NCBI GenBank assembly: GCA_013265495.1
Contig: MU058844.1
Coordinates: forward strand, 6,261,260 to 6,325,259
Direction: 5' to 3'
Length of the DNA stretch: 64,000 nt
DNA from: Vicugna vicugna
Taxonomy: Eukaryota
The position numbers and the translations under genes are program-made. The notes below the pieces were generated by a model. It ran no database searches, was not told the DNA's origin, and was given only the letters and a program-made list of their open reading frames with translations. The stretch's first letter is position 1. Every line of letters begins with the position of its first letter. Below are positions 1 through 13,054 of the stretch, in pieces.

Positions 1-1339
1 GAGTGAATGAATGAGAATATGATTGATTGGCTTTCAGCAGTAAAATGCTCAAGAATTGTGCATGGATAACCCATGGGCTAACCCCCAGCCCCTTTCACAC
101 AGGAAGAGTCCCAGGAATTACTCTGGAGTCACCTGCGGGAGCACTCCAGTGTATGTCTTTGACTGAAATCTGTTGGTAAAGATGTGACCCTAAAGAGCTG
201 AATCAGAAATTCTCACGTAAACCTCGGTTTCTGGGACACCAACCTCTGACCTCCACCCTCTAGTAGCAGAATGCGCCCTCCTCCTCTGGCCCCTACCCAT
301 CTCCGCTGACCTAAAAGGGTAAGATGAGAAACCTGTAACATTCCCTGCCGACAGGTCTCACCTTCCATTCCTCCAGGTGAGTTTGGCTCCTAGGTGGCAT
401 AAAGTAAATTAACTGACTTTCTTTTATTCATTTTTGGTAAGTCTGTTTTCTCTCCCTAAATGTCCGCTTATTTAGAAGATGAAGAAACTGCTCTCTATTC
501 TACTCTTAGAATTAGAAACTTGTGTTTAATCAGACTATTTCAAGTACAATCTGTAGTTTCAAACCCAAGGACAAAGCCACGAATCTGGTTCTTTTTCATA
601 CACAAAAGTGCAAAAACTTACTTCTCCTTCCCCAGTACTTCACTAAAAACTCACAATCTCGTGGGCACAACTCTTTCACGTGGCAGACAGAACTTAGTCT
701 CTTTGTAACCTCTGTTAAGCCCAGATCAGCCCTCTCGACCATCCATTAGATGGAGCTACAAATCTCTGGAGACAGTTGGCTTCCTACAGTCTGATTAATC
801 TTGTTTTATTTTCCAATTAAACAGGAGTTAAGATCATCGTCTGAGAATTAGAAGATTGTTAGAAGTTTGTGCAGAGGGGAAAGGCAAGCCATAATGCTCT
901 GAGAGAATGAGTAGGAAGGAACATACACTAATAGGACAGTGGGATGGTTTGTCAGTGTTAAGTGCACACAGGATGTATTTTTGAAGCCCTCCCATTTCTT
1001 TCCAGCCCTCTTCTCTTTCAGAGATCTCAGGTCATTGGTTCAAACTTATTTTCTCTCAATTTTCTGGAAATCCTATTTTCTAAAATGGGTGATTCATTTC
1101 TTGCTGGGACTTCTTTGGCTAGAGTCAACGCATATGATATGATAATAATTGTCCCTTAAGATTCTGCTAAATTCTACTTCACCAACTGGTTCTCATTGTT
1201 CAAAATGAACTTCAGGGGCAGATTGGCATAGGGAAAGTTTATGAACTTGGATGCTCAGCAAATTTGTGTTTCTATCCTAGGTCTGCCTTTAGCCAGGAGA
1301 ACGATCTTTTCTTTTTTACCTAGCCTAATAAATTGGGAA

Positions 1340-1760
1340 GATAGTCTTTCAAGAAATACTTGTTGAGTGTCTGATTGTATGTCTCTTCTAGAAGTAGAGC
1401 CATAAACAAGGTCGGCAAAATCATATAGAGCCACACAATTTACTCATAAACAATTTCTTCATTTGCATTTTGCCTTAACCTAGTGTATTGAGGACGTTTG
1501 CATTTCTTCTTATAACCAGAGAAGGCGGGTCAAATGTAGGTAAGAGAAATAAAAACCACATAATCAGTAAATTGTCCTCAGGAAAATAGCTAGAAGGGCA
1601 CTCCCATTTTAATTGGTGTTGACAAACAAAAATAAGCAAATAAACAGTTTCAGACAGTTGCAAGTGCTGAGAAGAAAATCAGGCTGAGATGGTGATAAAG
1701 AATGAGATTGGTGGGAGAGACTGGCTATCTTTCGAAGATGCTATGAAGATTAGGTACACT
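1340..1760 (-). mobile_element. L2 LINE relic (3' region)
   Basis: 'aagaaatacttgttgagtgtctgattgtatg' and downstream 'ataaacagtttcagacagttgcaagtgctgagaagaaaatcaggctgag' resemble the antisense L2 3' end; highly diverged. Confidence 0.5.
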
Positions 1761-2829
1761 ATACGGTAAGAGAGCTGGGTATTGAGCAGAATGCCTGGCA
1801 AACTGAAAAAATATTGATGACCATCAACTTCCTATATAAAGTATATCTCTTTGGTCTCATATTTCTAATAAATTTGCTCAGGAAAAAACCATATAATCAC
1901 TTTGGTGATTTTCTCCTGGATGAATCCTATACTTAGGGTAAAGAAAGGTTAGTGAGATCAAAGGACTGACAGCAAACTCCTGAGAGGTCATATTGTTACT
2001 AATAGCACATCTTTCTCCACAAATCTCTGGAGAACAATCACATAGGTACATTTCATAGTTTGCCTATTATTAGAATGAGAGTTCATGGAGAGAATATAGA
2101 ATCCACTTTGTTGTCATCAAGTGAGCTCAACACTTCAGAGTTAGAACCCAAATTCTCTTTCATAAATCAAGTTCACAAAATAATTGTCACAATTTTAATA
2201 CTTGAGTAGATACATGAAAAAGTTCAAATAAAACACAACTCAAAAACCCCAGGCACTTACACGGCCCCAAAGCTCAGAAAGCATGAACTTTATTGGTGTC
2301 AATGTTCTCCCCTTCTCAAGTACACCATTTTGCCTTAGCAAAAGCAGACTGTCAACACCAGACTGAAAGGCCATTGGGATGGGACAGACTCGGGAAGAGG
2401 ACACCTGCTCCAGTAACAGGTCAGGAGTTTTAACTTGTAAAGCTGACATTTTCAAACAAGTTAGGAGTAGGATGTTGAAGGTTAAAACTGAGACCCGTAA
2501 ACACACGATCTCTCACAACCAAGTATATGGGTTAACTTCCTAAAACTGTTTACTTGCTGACATGAAGTCAAATGAAATACATTTTGGTGATACTCAGTTC
2601 AAACAATAAAAAAAATTGAAGTTTCATCACAAGAAGATGTTTTGGATTACTTTCACATGCCTATACTTCTTTTTAAGGAAAAATATAGACTTAACTCCTA
2701 TTATTCATTTTTTCTTTGAATATCATACCTATTAAGCATAAAGATGTATCACCATTGTTATTTAGCATTTATTAAATTTCCACCGAGATCAATGTTAATT
2801 CAAAATATCATAGAAGAGGAAAGGTCTTA

Positions 2830-3030
2830 CTCTTTCAGAAAAAAAGTAGGAGAATGTCTTCATAATCTTATAGTTGAAAAGTTTGGGGCATAGAAAATGT
2901 TAGCCTTTAAGGGGAAAAATGGATAAGTTGAAGTACATTAGAATTAAAAATTCCTGTTCTCCAAAATATATCATTAAGAAAATGGTGAGGGATAAGGCAA
3001 GGCACAAAACAGGAGAGCACTCTCACAGAT
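2830..3030 (+). mobile_element. Ancient L1 (L1M) ORF2 fragment
   Basis: 'gaaaaaaagtaggagaatgtcttcataatctt...ggataagttgaagtacattagaattaaaaattcctgttctccaaaa' matches the typical L1 ORF2 3' region. Confidence 0.6.
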
Positions 3031-3045
3031 GACGGACATCCTAGA

Positions 3046-3220
3046 ACAGCACTGTACGGCAGGACTTTCTGAAGCGTCTACAGACGAAGTGACCAGTAGG
3101 ACAGCTCTCTGTGAATGAACCTACATGAATACTGAACACTTGACATGTGCCAAGTGCGACTGAAAATGTCTAATTTTGATTATTTAAAATGTATTGGCTA
3201 GTGTATTTGACAGTACATTT
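3046..3220. mobile_element. MER3-like hAT-Charlie non-autonomous DNA transposon
   Basis: 'cagcactgtacggcaggactttctg...actgaacacttgacatgtgccaagtgcgactga...tggctagtg..ttgacagtac' resembles MER3; 'ctaga'-containing target flanks on both sides. Confidence 0.6.
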
Positions 3221-4154
3221 CTAGAGGGTTCTAGAGATTTATTTATAGTTGCTTGGATAGTTAGAACCCAGGCCTCCTGACTCAAAATTTACTTTTCTCT
3301 GATACCATAGTAAGTGTATCTAGCAAGACAGTTTTGATGGTGGCAGTGGAAGACATACACATTAGAAATAAGTTTGTATTTTATTCACTTTGTTTGTATT
3401 GTATTCACTTTATTTTAGCTCTATTCATGTTAATTTTACTCATTTTACTCAGTCAGCTGCCATGCATGATAGTGGAGATAGCTAAAACAAATTTTTCACA
3501 GAATTTTTCATCAATTTTTTTGAAATGTATAGATTTTATTCTCTTAAGGAGGTATCATACAGTAATGATGAGAAAAAAAGTAAGCGGAAGATCAAACCTT
3601 GTGCAGGGTTTGTATTTAAGGTTTGGCTAAAATTGGTTGTATTTTATTTGTTCGTTTCTCTTTTAATTTATCCAAGCTGGTGGGAGCCACTTAGTAAATA
3701 AGCTTGGTAAGCAAATTTCCTTGATATGATTTGAGAGGCACCAGAATGGATTTCTGTCATAAAAATCTCTCTCCACCAGCTTGGGATCACTACCACTGAT
3801 CTTCACCATAAATTGTTATTTGCACCATCATTACCGCTAATAAATAGCAATTAAATCTGTTAATTTCAACATTAGAGACTTTTTTTTTTTTTAAATCAAA
3901 ACACTATTAGCATTAGAGAGGCTGGGGAATCTGTCTTAATCCACGAGCGACAGGGAGAAGAAAAACACTACAGGGAGTTAGAATCACACAGAAATAAAGA
4001 TTTTCACGGGGATATGAAATTAGAGAAACAGTGACTCTCGGAAAAATAAATCTAGAGGAATACGTACAGCATGAGAAGGATGTGAGTTTTTGCAGAAAAC
4101 TTGACAAAAGAGGTTTGAATCGGTATTTCTTTTTAATTCCAAGGTAAGAGTGAC

Positions 4155-4390
4155 CCCAGGTGACATCTAAGCTCTCACTGTGCTGTACTTTTTGTTCATA
4201 TACTTACCGCTGTAATTTAAAATTTTTTTTGAATAATGCATCTTTGTTTAGAATTTGTCTCTTCCACCAAACTATAAATTCCACGAGGACAAGGGTCATT
4301 CCTCTTTTGTTCATTTTTATACCATACCGTCAAAACAATACCTTTCATGCAGTAAGTATTCAATAAATATTTGTTGGTGAATGAATGATC
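4155..4390 (+). mobile_element. L2 3' end
   Basis: 'actataaattccacgaggacaaggg...gtaagtattcaataaatatttgttggtgaatgaatga' is the canonical L2 3' tail. Confidence 0.75.
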
Positions 4391-4512
4391 AAAGGATGAT
4401 TATTCCAACTAGACTGCACAGATCTGAGCGATCGTATTTTACCATCTTTTCACCTCAGTCTCTCCAATGTCATACAAGTAGTATTAGGTTTTTAAAATGC
4501 TTATTCTTGATG

Positions 4513-4700
4513 ACAGTAGCTACCATCTATTGAGAGGTTAGCATAGTTCAGACGACTAAGTGCTTCGTATGTTTGATCTAACTTAATATTCAAAACCACC
4601 CTTAGTTATAGAGGCTACTGTTCCCATTTTCCAAATTAGGTAAATGGAAGTACGGAGATACTAAGGAAATTACCCAAGGTCACACAATCTACAAATAGTA
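4513..4700 (-). mobile_element. MIR SINE
   Basis: 'ctaccatctattgag...cccattttccaaattaggtaaatggaagtacggaga...tacccaaggtcacacaatct' is the antisense MIR core. Confidence 0.75.
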
Positions 4701-5099
4701 AGAGCTGTTAATAATGCGCCATAGCCAAGGACTACTATTAAGTGAAGTAACGTTTTTCTGAAATTTTGTAAGATATTTGGGACAAGAAATATCTTCCTTA
4801 AAAGCTGTGAAAGATGTTGAGGGGGGAACAAACCCAGCTTGAATGCAGAAAAATTATAGTGATCACCTGACCATTCTACTCACAAATTGATTAGAAAACA
4901 TTGTATTCTCAAAAAATTTTAGTTTACCAGCATAGATAAACTCTGTATCTCAAAAGTTTCTACACGCTCTCTGTGATGTGAAATTATTATCGACCACTCA
5001 GAGCGGAGTACAAGCACAATCTGAGTGACACCTGACACTATAACCTTGTAATCTGATTAGAAGAGTAGTAGTTCTGAATTAATCCACTCTGAAAATACT

Positions 5100-5560
5100 G
5101 TAAAAAATTAGATTTTGTTTTCCGTCGGAGTTATGGCCTTTGGGCGCCACCCAGTGGAGAAATGCATATAGTCGGCCGAGCTTTAAAACGGTCATTTTCC
5201 TTAAAGTCCAAGACTCATTGTTGAAATGTGTAAGCTCAGAGCATCTGGATGAAATCTCATGAGGGGGGAACTCTGGCCTTTCATCATCTTCCGCAGCCGG
5301 GGGCAGTCAGTAGGACACTGAGTGGGCGCCTAGAGGAAACTCCTTGATACACTTCTGCGCGCAGCCACGTGGTTAGAATCCGCGGACTCCCCCTGTACCA
5401 GTTACAATGCGCGTGCGCGTGAGTAACAAGCAAGCGATCACCCTGGCTCTGGGTTTCATAGTCTCCCTTTGTATAGGGTGCTTTTCACACCTCATGCAAA
5501 AGGTAAGTTGGACAAGGGCTAATACTTTTCTCCCCATCACTACAGCTCAAGTGATGTCAG
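5100..5560. promoter_or_regulatory. CpG-enriched regulatory element (promoter, enhancer or insulator candidate)
   Basis: Many CpGs against a CpG-depleted background; CTCF-like motifs at 5142-5160 (-) and 5291-5309 (+), CACGTG E-box at about 5366, NRF1-like tgcgcgtgcgcg at 5408-5419. Confidence 0.5.
5142..5160 (-). promoter_or_regulatory. Candidate CTCF binding site
   Basis: Minus strand reads TCTCCACTGGGTGGCGCCC, a close match to the CTCF core CCASYAGRKGGCRS, in a locally CpG-rich, repeat-free context. Confidence 0.6.
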
Positions 5561-8094
5561 CGTTCCCAATTTAGCTCCTTATTTCCAATGCTTTAGGCCT
5601 CTGCCGTAAACATTAAGTGTATGAAAAAAATATATACATATTCAGTTATGTCGCAGCTCAGGCCAGGAGAACATTCTTCTTATTAAATAAACGGCCTTGA
5701 AAAGAAATTAGATTGCGGGTCATAAATTTCTGTTTTTAGAGGCGGTGGAGCAAACAGAAGAAGGGATAAAGGAATTATTTTTCTGAACTATGATGCGTAT
5801 CTTTTCAAATGTCTTGGAAGAAGACAGCAGGAGGAGTCAGGCTATAGGATTGGTCTAGTCCTATCAGACTTGATTCCCTGCCTGTCAGCGCGTATCTAGT
5901 TACTCAGATTATTATAATGCTACACAAGGACTTTACTCCAAAAATCAGCTCAAAGCAGCATGCTCCAGTTCTGTCCTAATTGACACAAACAAGTAATTCA
6001 GAAAATACGTTTGAACAAGCAAGCAAATGTGCCCCCCCCCAACCCCCAGCCCGCCTGCTGTCACTCCTGCTCTCAAAGTCACGGCTTAGGCAGCTTGAGG
6101 TTTCCGTGGTAAGGCCTCTGCCCATGCAGTACCTGTTACCATGATAAAAAAGCACTCCAGTCTTCCTTGTGGTCAGAAAAGTTCCCGGGCTGCATACTCA
6201 GTTCATTTTGGGAAAGAATTAAAAAAAAAAAATGGAGAAAACTCAGCTGTCTGATCAAGGCCATGGTTCTCTTTTGCATGATCTGCCATCTGCTGTTTAA
6301 AATGGGATGAGGGGACCTCAGAGTCCTCAGTCTGGAGTTAAACAGAGAAAAAGAAAAAAGAAGAAAAAAAAAAAACCCGTGAATTTAGTATTAAGCCAAA
6401 AAAAAAAAAGTGTTTCTGGCACAGAAAATGCTCTTTAATTTGTGAAACCTTTTTTTTTTTTTTTTTTTTTGGGTTGAAAAAAAAATAGGGCGTTTATGAT
6501 GGTTTTTTTGATGGAAGGATTTAGAGAGAGGGCTTACTTGATATTCTGAGTGGATTTACTTCAGCTTTTATTTGAAAAGAGAGAGAATATTTGTCATCTA
6601 TTTAACTGGTCTTAGAGTATGAGAGCCATGCCACAAGCAGGCAAAAATGATTACATTCTAAGAATCATGACTAACTCGCTACCCAACCCCACCTCAACCT
6701 CAAGAATACCAAAGTGCCCAACACAAATTTAAATTTCCTGATGTCTGAAGAAGCATGTTAACCGTAGTGTCATCTTTATTTTTGCCTCATGTCTCTCCGT
6801 ATTTCCTCGCACCCACCAAGGAAACTTATAGACGCTTTAAATTCTTAAAAATGTGTTTCGTATTTTCCTATCATTTACTTTTCTCATCTTGCTAAGAAAT
6901 GATGAATCTAAATCATTTGACTTGGGATCATGATACGGAAGGCTATCCAGGAAGACTGATTCAAGACTGCAGATGTAGGGCAGGGAGTTAGGACACAGTA
7001 CTTGTTATCATCTGCCTGAACCTCCGACGTTATCAGCCTGCAAGTGAAACTTAATCCTGAACATAAATTGCATTTCCTAAAAAAACATAATCTTGCCTTA
7101 AGACACCAACCGCCCTGATTACAGAGAATGTCTGTGTTTACACGTTGGGACAGAGCATGCTGACTATATTAGTGTCCTAGGAAACAAGCTGTGTGCCGCT
7201 CGCTCGCAGACCTGCTGCAAGCACTGAGGAGAGAAAGAAAAAGAAATTTTGAAATCAGACCCCCGATCTCGAACTCCTTTCAAATTCCTGAAGCACATTA
7301 GCTTTACTACTGCATGATGTGCACGGTAGTATTTCTTCTAATGAAATCTGACTAAAAGTTTAAATGAGTTTAATGCATGAAATGTATAAATAAAATGTGG
7401 CCTTGATTAAATTTGGACTTGATACATAACTTAAATGGATAGCACAAGAACAGCAGTGGTATCATGTGTCCAGACTATTTCGGGCTTTGCAAAAGTGGTT
7501 TGGATTTTTATCAGTTAGCGCAGAGTGCTTTCTATCAGGAGCACAATATATGCGCAGAGGTGGAATATGCGGTAGTACTGGGGGTGGGGGAACAGTGTAA
7601 CTGAAAAGAGGGAAGGGTGAGAAAATAAAGCAAGATTTAAAAGGGGGTGGCAGGACGGAATTCTGAAGCACTGATTTGCAAAGAGCAGTTTACATAAGTA
7701 GAAGATTTGATTTGAAGCTTTTCCTGGATGTCTCTTACTTTCATGACTTTGGGAAAATATCTCAGTTTTGTAGAGCCTCAATTTTCGTCCTTGGTACAAG
7801 TGGTTCAGGATGCCTTGTATGTGCCTACTTCCTGATTTGTTGGAGCAGAAAGAGATCAACACAAGTCTCTGAATACAGTGCTTTGCAAATCGAAGGCACT
7901 AGCATTAAAACAGACTTTGTTAACTGCAGAAATTTTCTATCCACATCTTAGAGTTACCAAATACTCTTTCCAACTAGCATATAATATATGTAGCCATTGT
8001 ACACAATGGTTGGGGTTAAAGTTACAAGTAAAGGATAAATGGGCTTTTAAAAGAAACTCTCAGTAAAACCTCAACAACTATACAGGCAACTTCG

Positions 8095-8330
8095 TACCGT
8101 AGTAGTAAAGTATTATGAGCTCTGAAGGCAGACACCCTCGGCTTGGCCTCGACCCTTCCCCTGCTACTTACTATAAATGACATGGTATACAATTGGGCAA
8201 GTCACCATAGCTTCATAAACCATTCTATAACTGCTGTAAAATGGAGAGAATAATGCCTGCTTAATGGTTTTGCTGTGACAAATAATATATGTGTAAAGGT
8301 TTTGACTTTAATGCCTGGTATTTAGTAAGA
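8095..8330 (+). mobile_element. MIR SINE
   Basis: 'ctctgaaggcagac...ttgggcaagtcac...ctgtaaaatggagagaataatgcctgc...atgcctggtatttagtaag'. Confidence 0.8.
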
Positions 8331-11300
8331 AGTATTTTTTAAAATTTCATCTTTTTTCATGTTGTATATACCACACAAATACCATAACACACATTTCAAG
8401 GAGATCACATCCATAAATAAGTGGAAATTACTCCGCTTCAAAAGAAGATCAAAGAATTATTCTTCATTAATAGTTCAAAAATGGAAGGCAAATATTGACA
8501 TCTCCCATAATGAAAATACAGAAAAAAAAAAAAAGATTGAAACATAAAGATGGAGGAGGACAGAGTGACAGAAAGTTCTCTTAAACCTCCTCGGCAGGAA
8601 GGTTTGATGATTCTAGGCCAAACCTCAGCCAAACTCTGGGTTTTTTTTTTTTTCTTTTTTTTTTTTTTTAAATATTGCACAGTGCCACTCAGTTTCAGGC
8701 ATTTAATAGAATGAAACCAGGTGAGTTTGAGCCAATTTTGCCTTTCATTTTTCAAATTTGTTTATTACTTTACTTAAACCACAACATTCTGAGATCTCAC
8801 AAGAAAATCTGTTTCTGTGAAATTTTCAGCCTGATTTCCAAACCAGAAAAGAGGTTCAAATAAACTTGGGCCCATTTCAAAAAAGCGTCCGAGATTCTGG
8901 ATGTTTATTTGAAGCAATCTGGACTCCTGACCTTTTGAGGTTCCCCCACCACCAATAAAGAGAGCCCACAATGAATTTACTGTGCAAGGATCTGGGGCCG
9001 CAGCATCTGAATGGATAAAAAATCCCATTGGTCTCAAGGAAAGTTGTTTCGGAACACACGCGGTGGAGTCAAGCCTTAAGCAGATAGAGTGATACCCTCC
9101 TTTTAGGAAAATGTACCAACCAATCAGTGTCCTCACTCAGAAAATCTGTAAATAGGTTATTTATTCAATATACTTTATGAGTTTAAAAAATATTCCTAGG
9201 TTGACACCATTAAGAGGGGCTCTTGTTGGAGTAGGCAAAGGGTTTAGTCTTTCCTGGAGCACTATAGAAAAATTCAGACCCAACTGCCTTTTACCATACA
9301 GAGCCGCCTTTAACATCCTTGTGGGGCTTTAGAAAGTATGCCAATCCTCCCCAAATTCCTGAACCTTTTCAAAAACTGAATCCTACCACTTTTGAAACGA
9401 TGAACACTGAGAAATTGGATTTGAAACCACAGCATTAAATGCTTAAAATCCGATCCTTCTGTCAGGACCTGGGATAAATTAAACTGATGTACATTATTTT
9501 TAAAGAAAGGAAAAAAACATGGGAAGCGGATTTTGAAGCCTGGAGGCATAGAACAAAACAAGTTATGCAGGTGATACAAACCATCTTAGTTCATTCCTAC
9601 AATGGCTTTCTACTTCCATATGGTGGCCCACGCTGGAAATAATTCTTAGGAAAACACGTTTGTATGTGATAAATAAAACATTATTTTAGAGGTTTCTGTT
9701 TTTATTTTCAGAGTATGCTACTTTTTTATTCAGTGCTCGGACTGCTGTTTAATTTTTTTTTTTTTTTACTTTGGTGTTTGAGTTTATTTTTACAAGGAAT
9801 AGTAAGTAGAGAGTCCTAGAGAATGTATATAGATGATAAGGGTATAAGGTGGACAGCTATCAAGTGTTTCCATCAAATGAATTCAGTGCAGCTGGATGAT
9901 GTATATTAGGGTTTAATCAAAGCTTTAGGAATTTAAACACAAAGTGGGTTGACTTTCACTTTAGCATATTTTAAACGTGTCCATTGTTTTACTAATATTG
10001 GTAGATTATACTCATTTCTGACTCCCAAATAATAGCGTTAGTCTAAAGATAAACACACTGTGAAGAGCACAAGCCTCTACCTCACTAATTGTGGTTGTTG
10101 TCAGTGGAAGGATTTGATTTTGTAATAGGAGTCAAACTGATTAAAAGCTTCCCAATTTAGAGAAATCTTTTAAAGAGGCATTTCCTGATAATGATTCAGG
10201 CGGTAATAAGGCCAGTTCAAACATCAGAAGAGACTGGGCTCTAGATACCATCATTCAAATATTTTAAAAATCTAACAATTTAAGCCTACTGCATGTATTT
10301 CTGTCAAAGAGCATGTCTTTTTCTTTGTCACAGATCGTCCTGATACAGAGTCTAAGCTTGTTTTCAAATCCTGGACATTTACCCAGCAGAATTAAGAAGA
10401 CATGTATCAGTTGTCATTTTAGAAAAGATACTTGTCTACATATACACCAACATTCATACTCAAAGCAGCATAATTTGTCAATAAAATGAACACCATTTAA
10501 GTGCACTTCCAGATTTAGTGTGGGGGTTTTTGTTTTTAATGTTTTCACGAATTGTTATATTGTTTAATAAAATAATTGCATAACATGAATTGTCTATGCA
10601 TTAAAGACTTAAAAATTAATAAGACATTGCAGAATAGAGACCCCTGAAAGCTACCGAATATTTTGGACAGGATATATATATACAAACTGGAGACATTAGC
10701 TAGCGATTTTTAAAAAACTGGATGAAATGGAATTCATGAAATATATAGATAATTTGAGATGATGAAATCTTCACAACTTAACTGAGTACTTTACTAACCT
10801 TTCACACAGACCTGTTTATATTTTCTCAGAAATACTCCTGGAACAAGACCCAAATATCCAAGGTGGGACAAACGATTGCTTACTGGCAGACTGAGAACCG
10901 GTTTAGAACTGAGGGGCTGCCACACCTATGTAACCTCTTGCTTCAGTTTGCATTCCAAACTGTTGCATTTGATTTCATGGCATCAAAAGTGAGCAGAAAA
11001 CATACTCTCAAATCAGTTAACACAACATGCAACCCTTTTATACCTCTGATCTTAAACAGTGCCTGTGAACTGAAGCAAAAAGTAAGGCCGATTTCTGTGA
11101 TGTTAACCTCTGTATGCAGTCACCAATTAGCCCTAGTCATTCAAGATACCATACCCTCAGTTTTATGATTTTGAGCATGAAGCACTAAACTGTTTTGTTT
11201 TGTTTTCCCCCCGCATTACTGCATTTAGATGGGCCTGAGATCCAGGGAGAAGCTAAGGAATGCAGCAAATCTGGAGGCTGTAAACACTAGGGTAAGACCA

Positions 11301-13054
11301 GATAGTTCCTAGGAGAGGATGCTTTCTGAGATTTTTTTTTCTTTCCATCAACTGAACTCTCCAGGCTCATACAGACTGAACCTCAGTTCAAAGGGCACTT
11401 TCCTTTAAGAAGAGGTTGAATTATCTGTACACCCCTCCTCTTCCACATAAGTGACAGACAGGGGTTTTTAATCAACATTTGTTATTGACTTTTTGCTAAT
11501 TTATTTTTGTTTTTAATTTTTCAATATATTGGGCACATTGAACATTTTTAAAAAAATAAGCATGATAAACTACAAACCAATGGATTCTCAAAAAATTTTT
11601 TCACACATGTGCCATCAAAGTGGAATTTATATACTGTGAAACCCCTTGATAAGACCTGATTAATATCCACCTGTTATTGTCCACTGCCTGTCAGAGGTTA
11701 GTGGGCATTTGCAATATGATAGGATATGTTTCAATGTATTGTACATCTAAAATCATCTGAAAATCATCTAAAATAAAAAAACCCCCAAATTTCCATTATT
11801 TAAATAGCTTATGCTGAAGAATGGCGTACCAATGACTTTCTTACACATTTCTTCCCACAAAAATAATTCTCATAAATTTCTTTCTGTGGACTAATTTATA
11901 CCATTTAGCCTTCATCTGAAAATTTTGCTCCACTGTATTTGTTGTTAAAAAAAAAAAGGCAGGTAAATCATCACCACTGAATGATGGTCTAACACCCAGA
12001 AATCTATCCCACCAATTCACAAAGGGCTGCTCCATCCTACAGGAACGCTACACACGGTGCGTGTTGTTGACTGTTAGCTGAGGGAAGAACTATTTTTGTA
12101 CTGTTATAACTTTTATTCAAAGAGACTCAGAGTACTTTTCAAATTAAGCACTACCATTACATTGAAATGGAGCCACCCTGGAGAGAGTGTGCGGGCTGTC
12201 AATCAGTGCACGGCCACTACACAGCTGACGGGGAAACAGCATACTTTTGGCAACTATGGTAAAACCCTTACATACCAAAAATACAGTGGTATCTTTGATC
12301 TCTTAGAACGAAGGCAAGGCTTGTTGGCTTTTTCCTCAGGGATTCATCCAAAAATCTCCAAGACCAAATCCATTACTCATATAAAACCTTTGCTGGAGTT
12401 GACCACATGATATAGAAAAGAGACCTTTTCAGAAACATTCAATAGGGAATTTTCTTCTCTTGCTAAAATTTGAAAAATTCTGGGGAGATTTTTTTTTTTA
12501 ACTGGAATATAACCCTCACCAAAATGTATATTCACCTGATTTCCCAAACACTACCTTCCAGTTGAAACTGCTTTGTTATTTTGTTAATAACCCTTATTTA
12601 ATTGTTTTATATATTTTCTGTTCGGGGTGTATGGTGTGTTTCTAAGGAGTTAGGAATTTCTAAGAAGTTAAGAATGTACATTTAGACTCCAGGTGTTAAT
12701 TTGTCAATTCTTTACTGAGAGTTAAATAAAAGGATTAAGGTCTTTCTAACTATGATTTTTCACATATGACTTTAATTCTTCTTTTAATTCCCTGTCTCTA
12801 ATAGGAAATACAGTAATTCATTCAGTTGTAATTCTCTCAATTGTTGTAATAAAGGTCTTAGACAAAATGGACACTGGAAAATTATTATATGCACTTGAAA
12901 TACCTCATGTGCCTGGCCTTTGTTCAGCTTGACTTTGGATCTCAAAGATGGGATGAAGGTGAAATAAAATTTCTAGAGCACATACTGTGTGCCTGGAACT
13001 CTACCAGAAACTTCACTTTTTCATCCCATTTAATCACCGCAACAATCCCGTGGA

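Noticed and set aside
10600..10860. Possible processed pseudogene fragment
   Set aside because: All three plus-strand frames checked contain stops, and no protein, poly(A) or TSD was recognised
11841..12035. Minus-strand ORF or exon (MEQPFVNWW...)
   Set aside because: Spans a homopolymer, weak splice signals, no recognised peptide
12639..12675. 18-bp tandem duplication (similar ones at about 3375, 11750 and 56458)
   Set aside because: Ordinary slippage duplications
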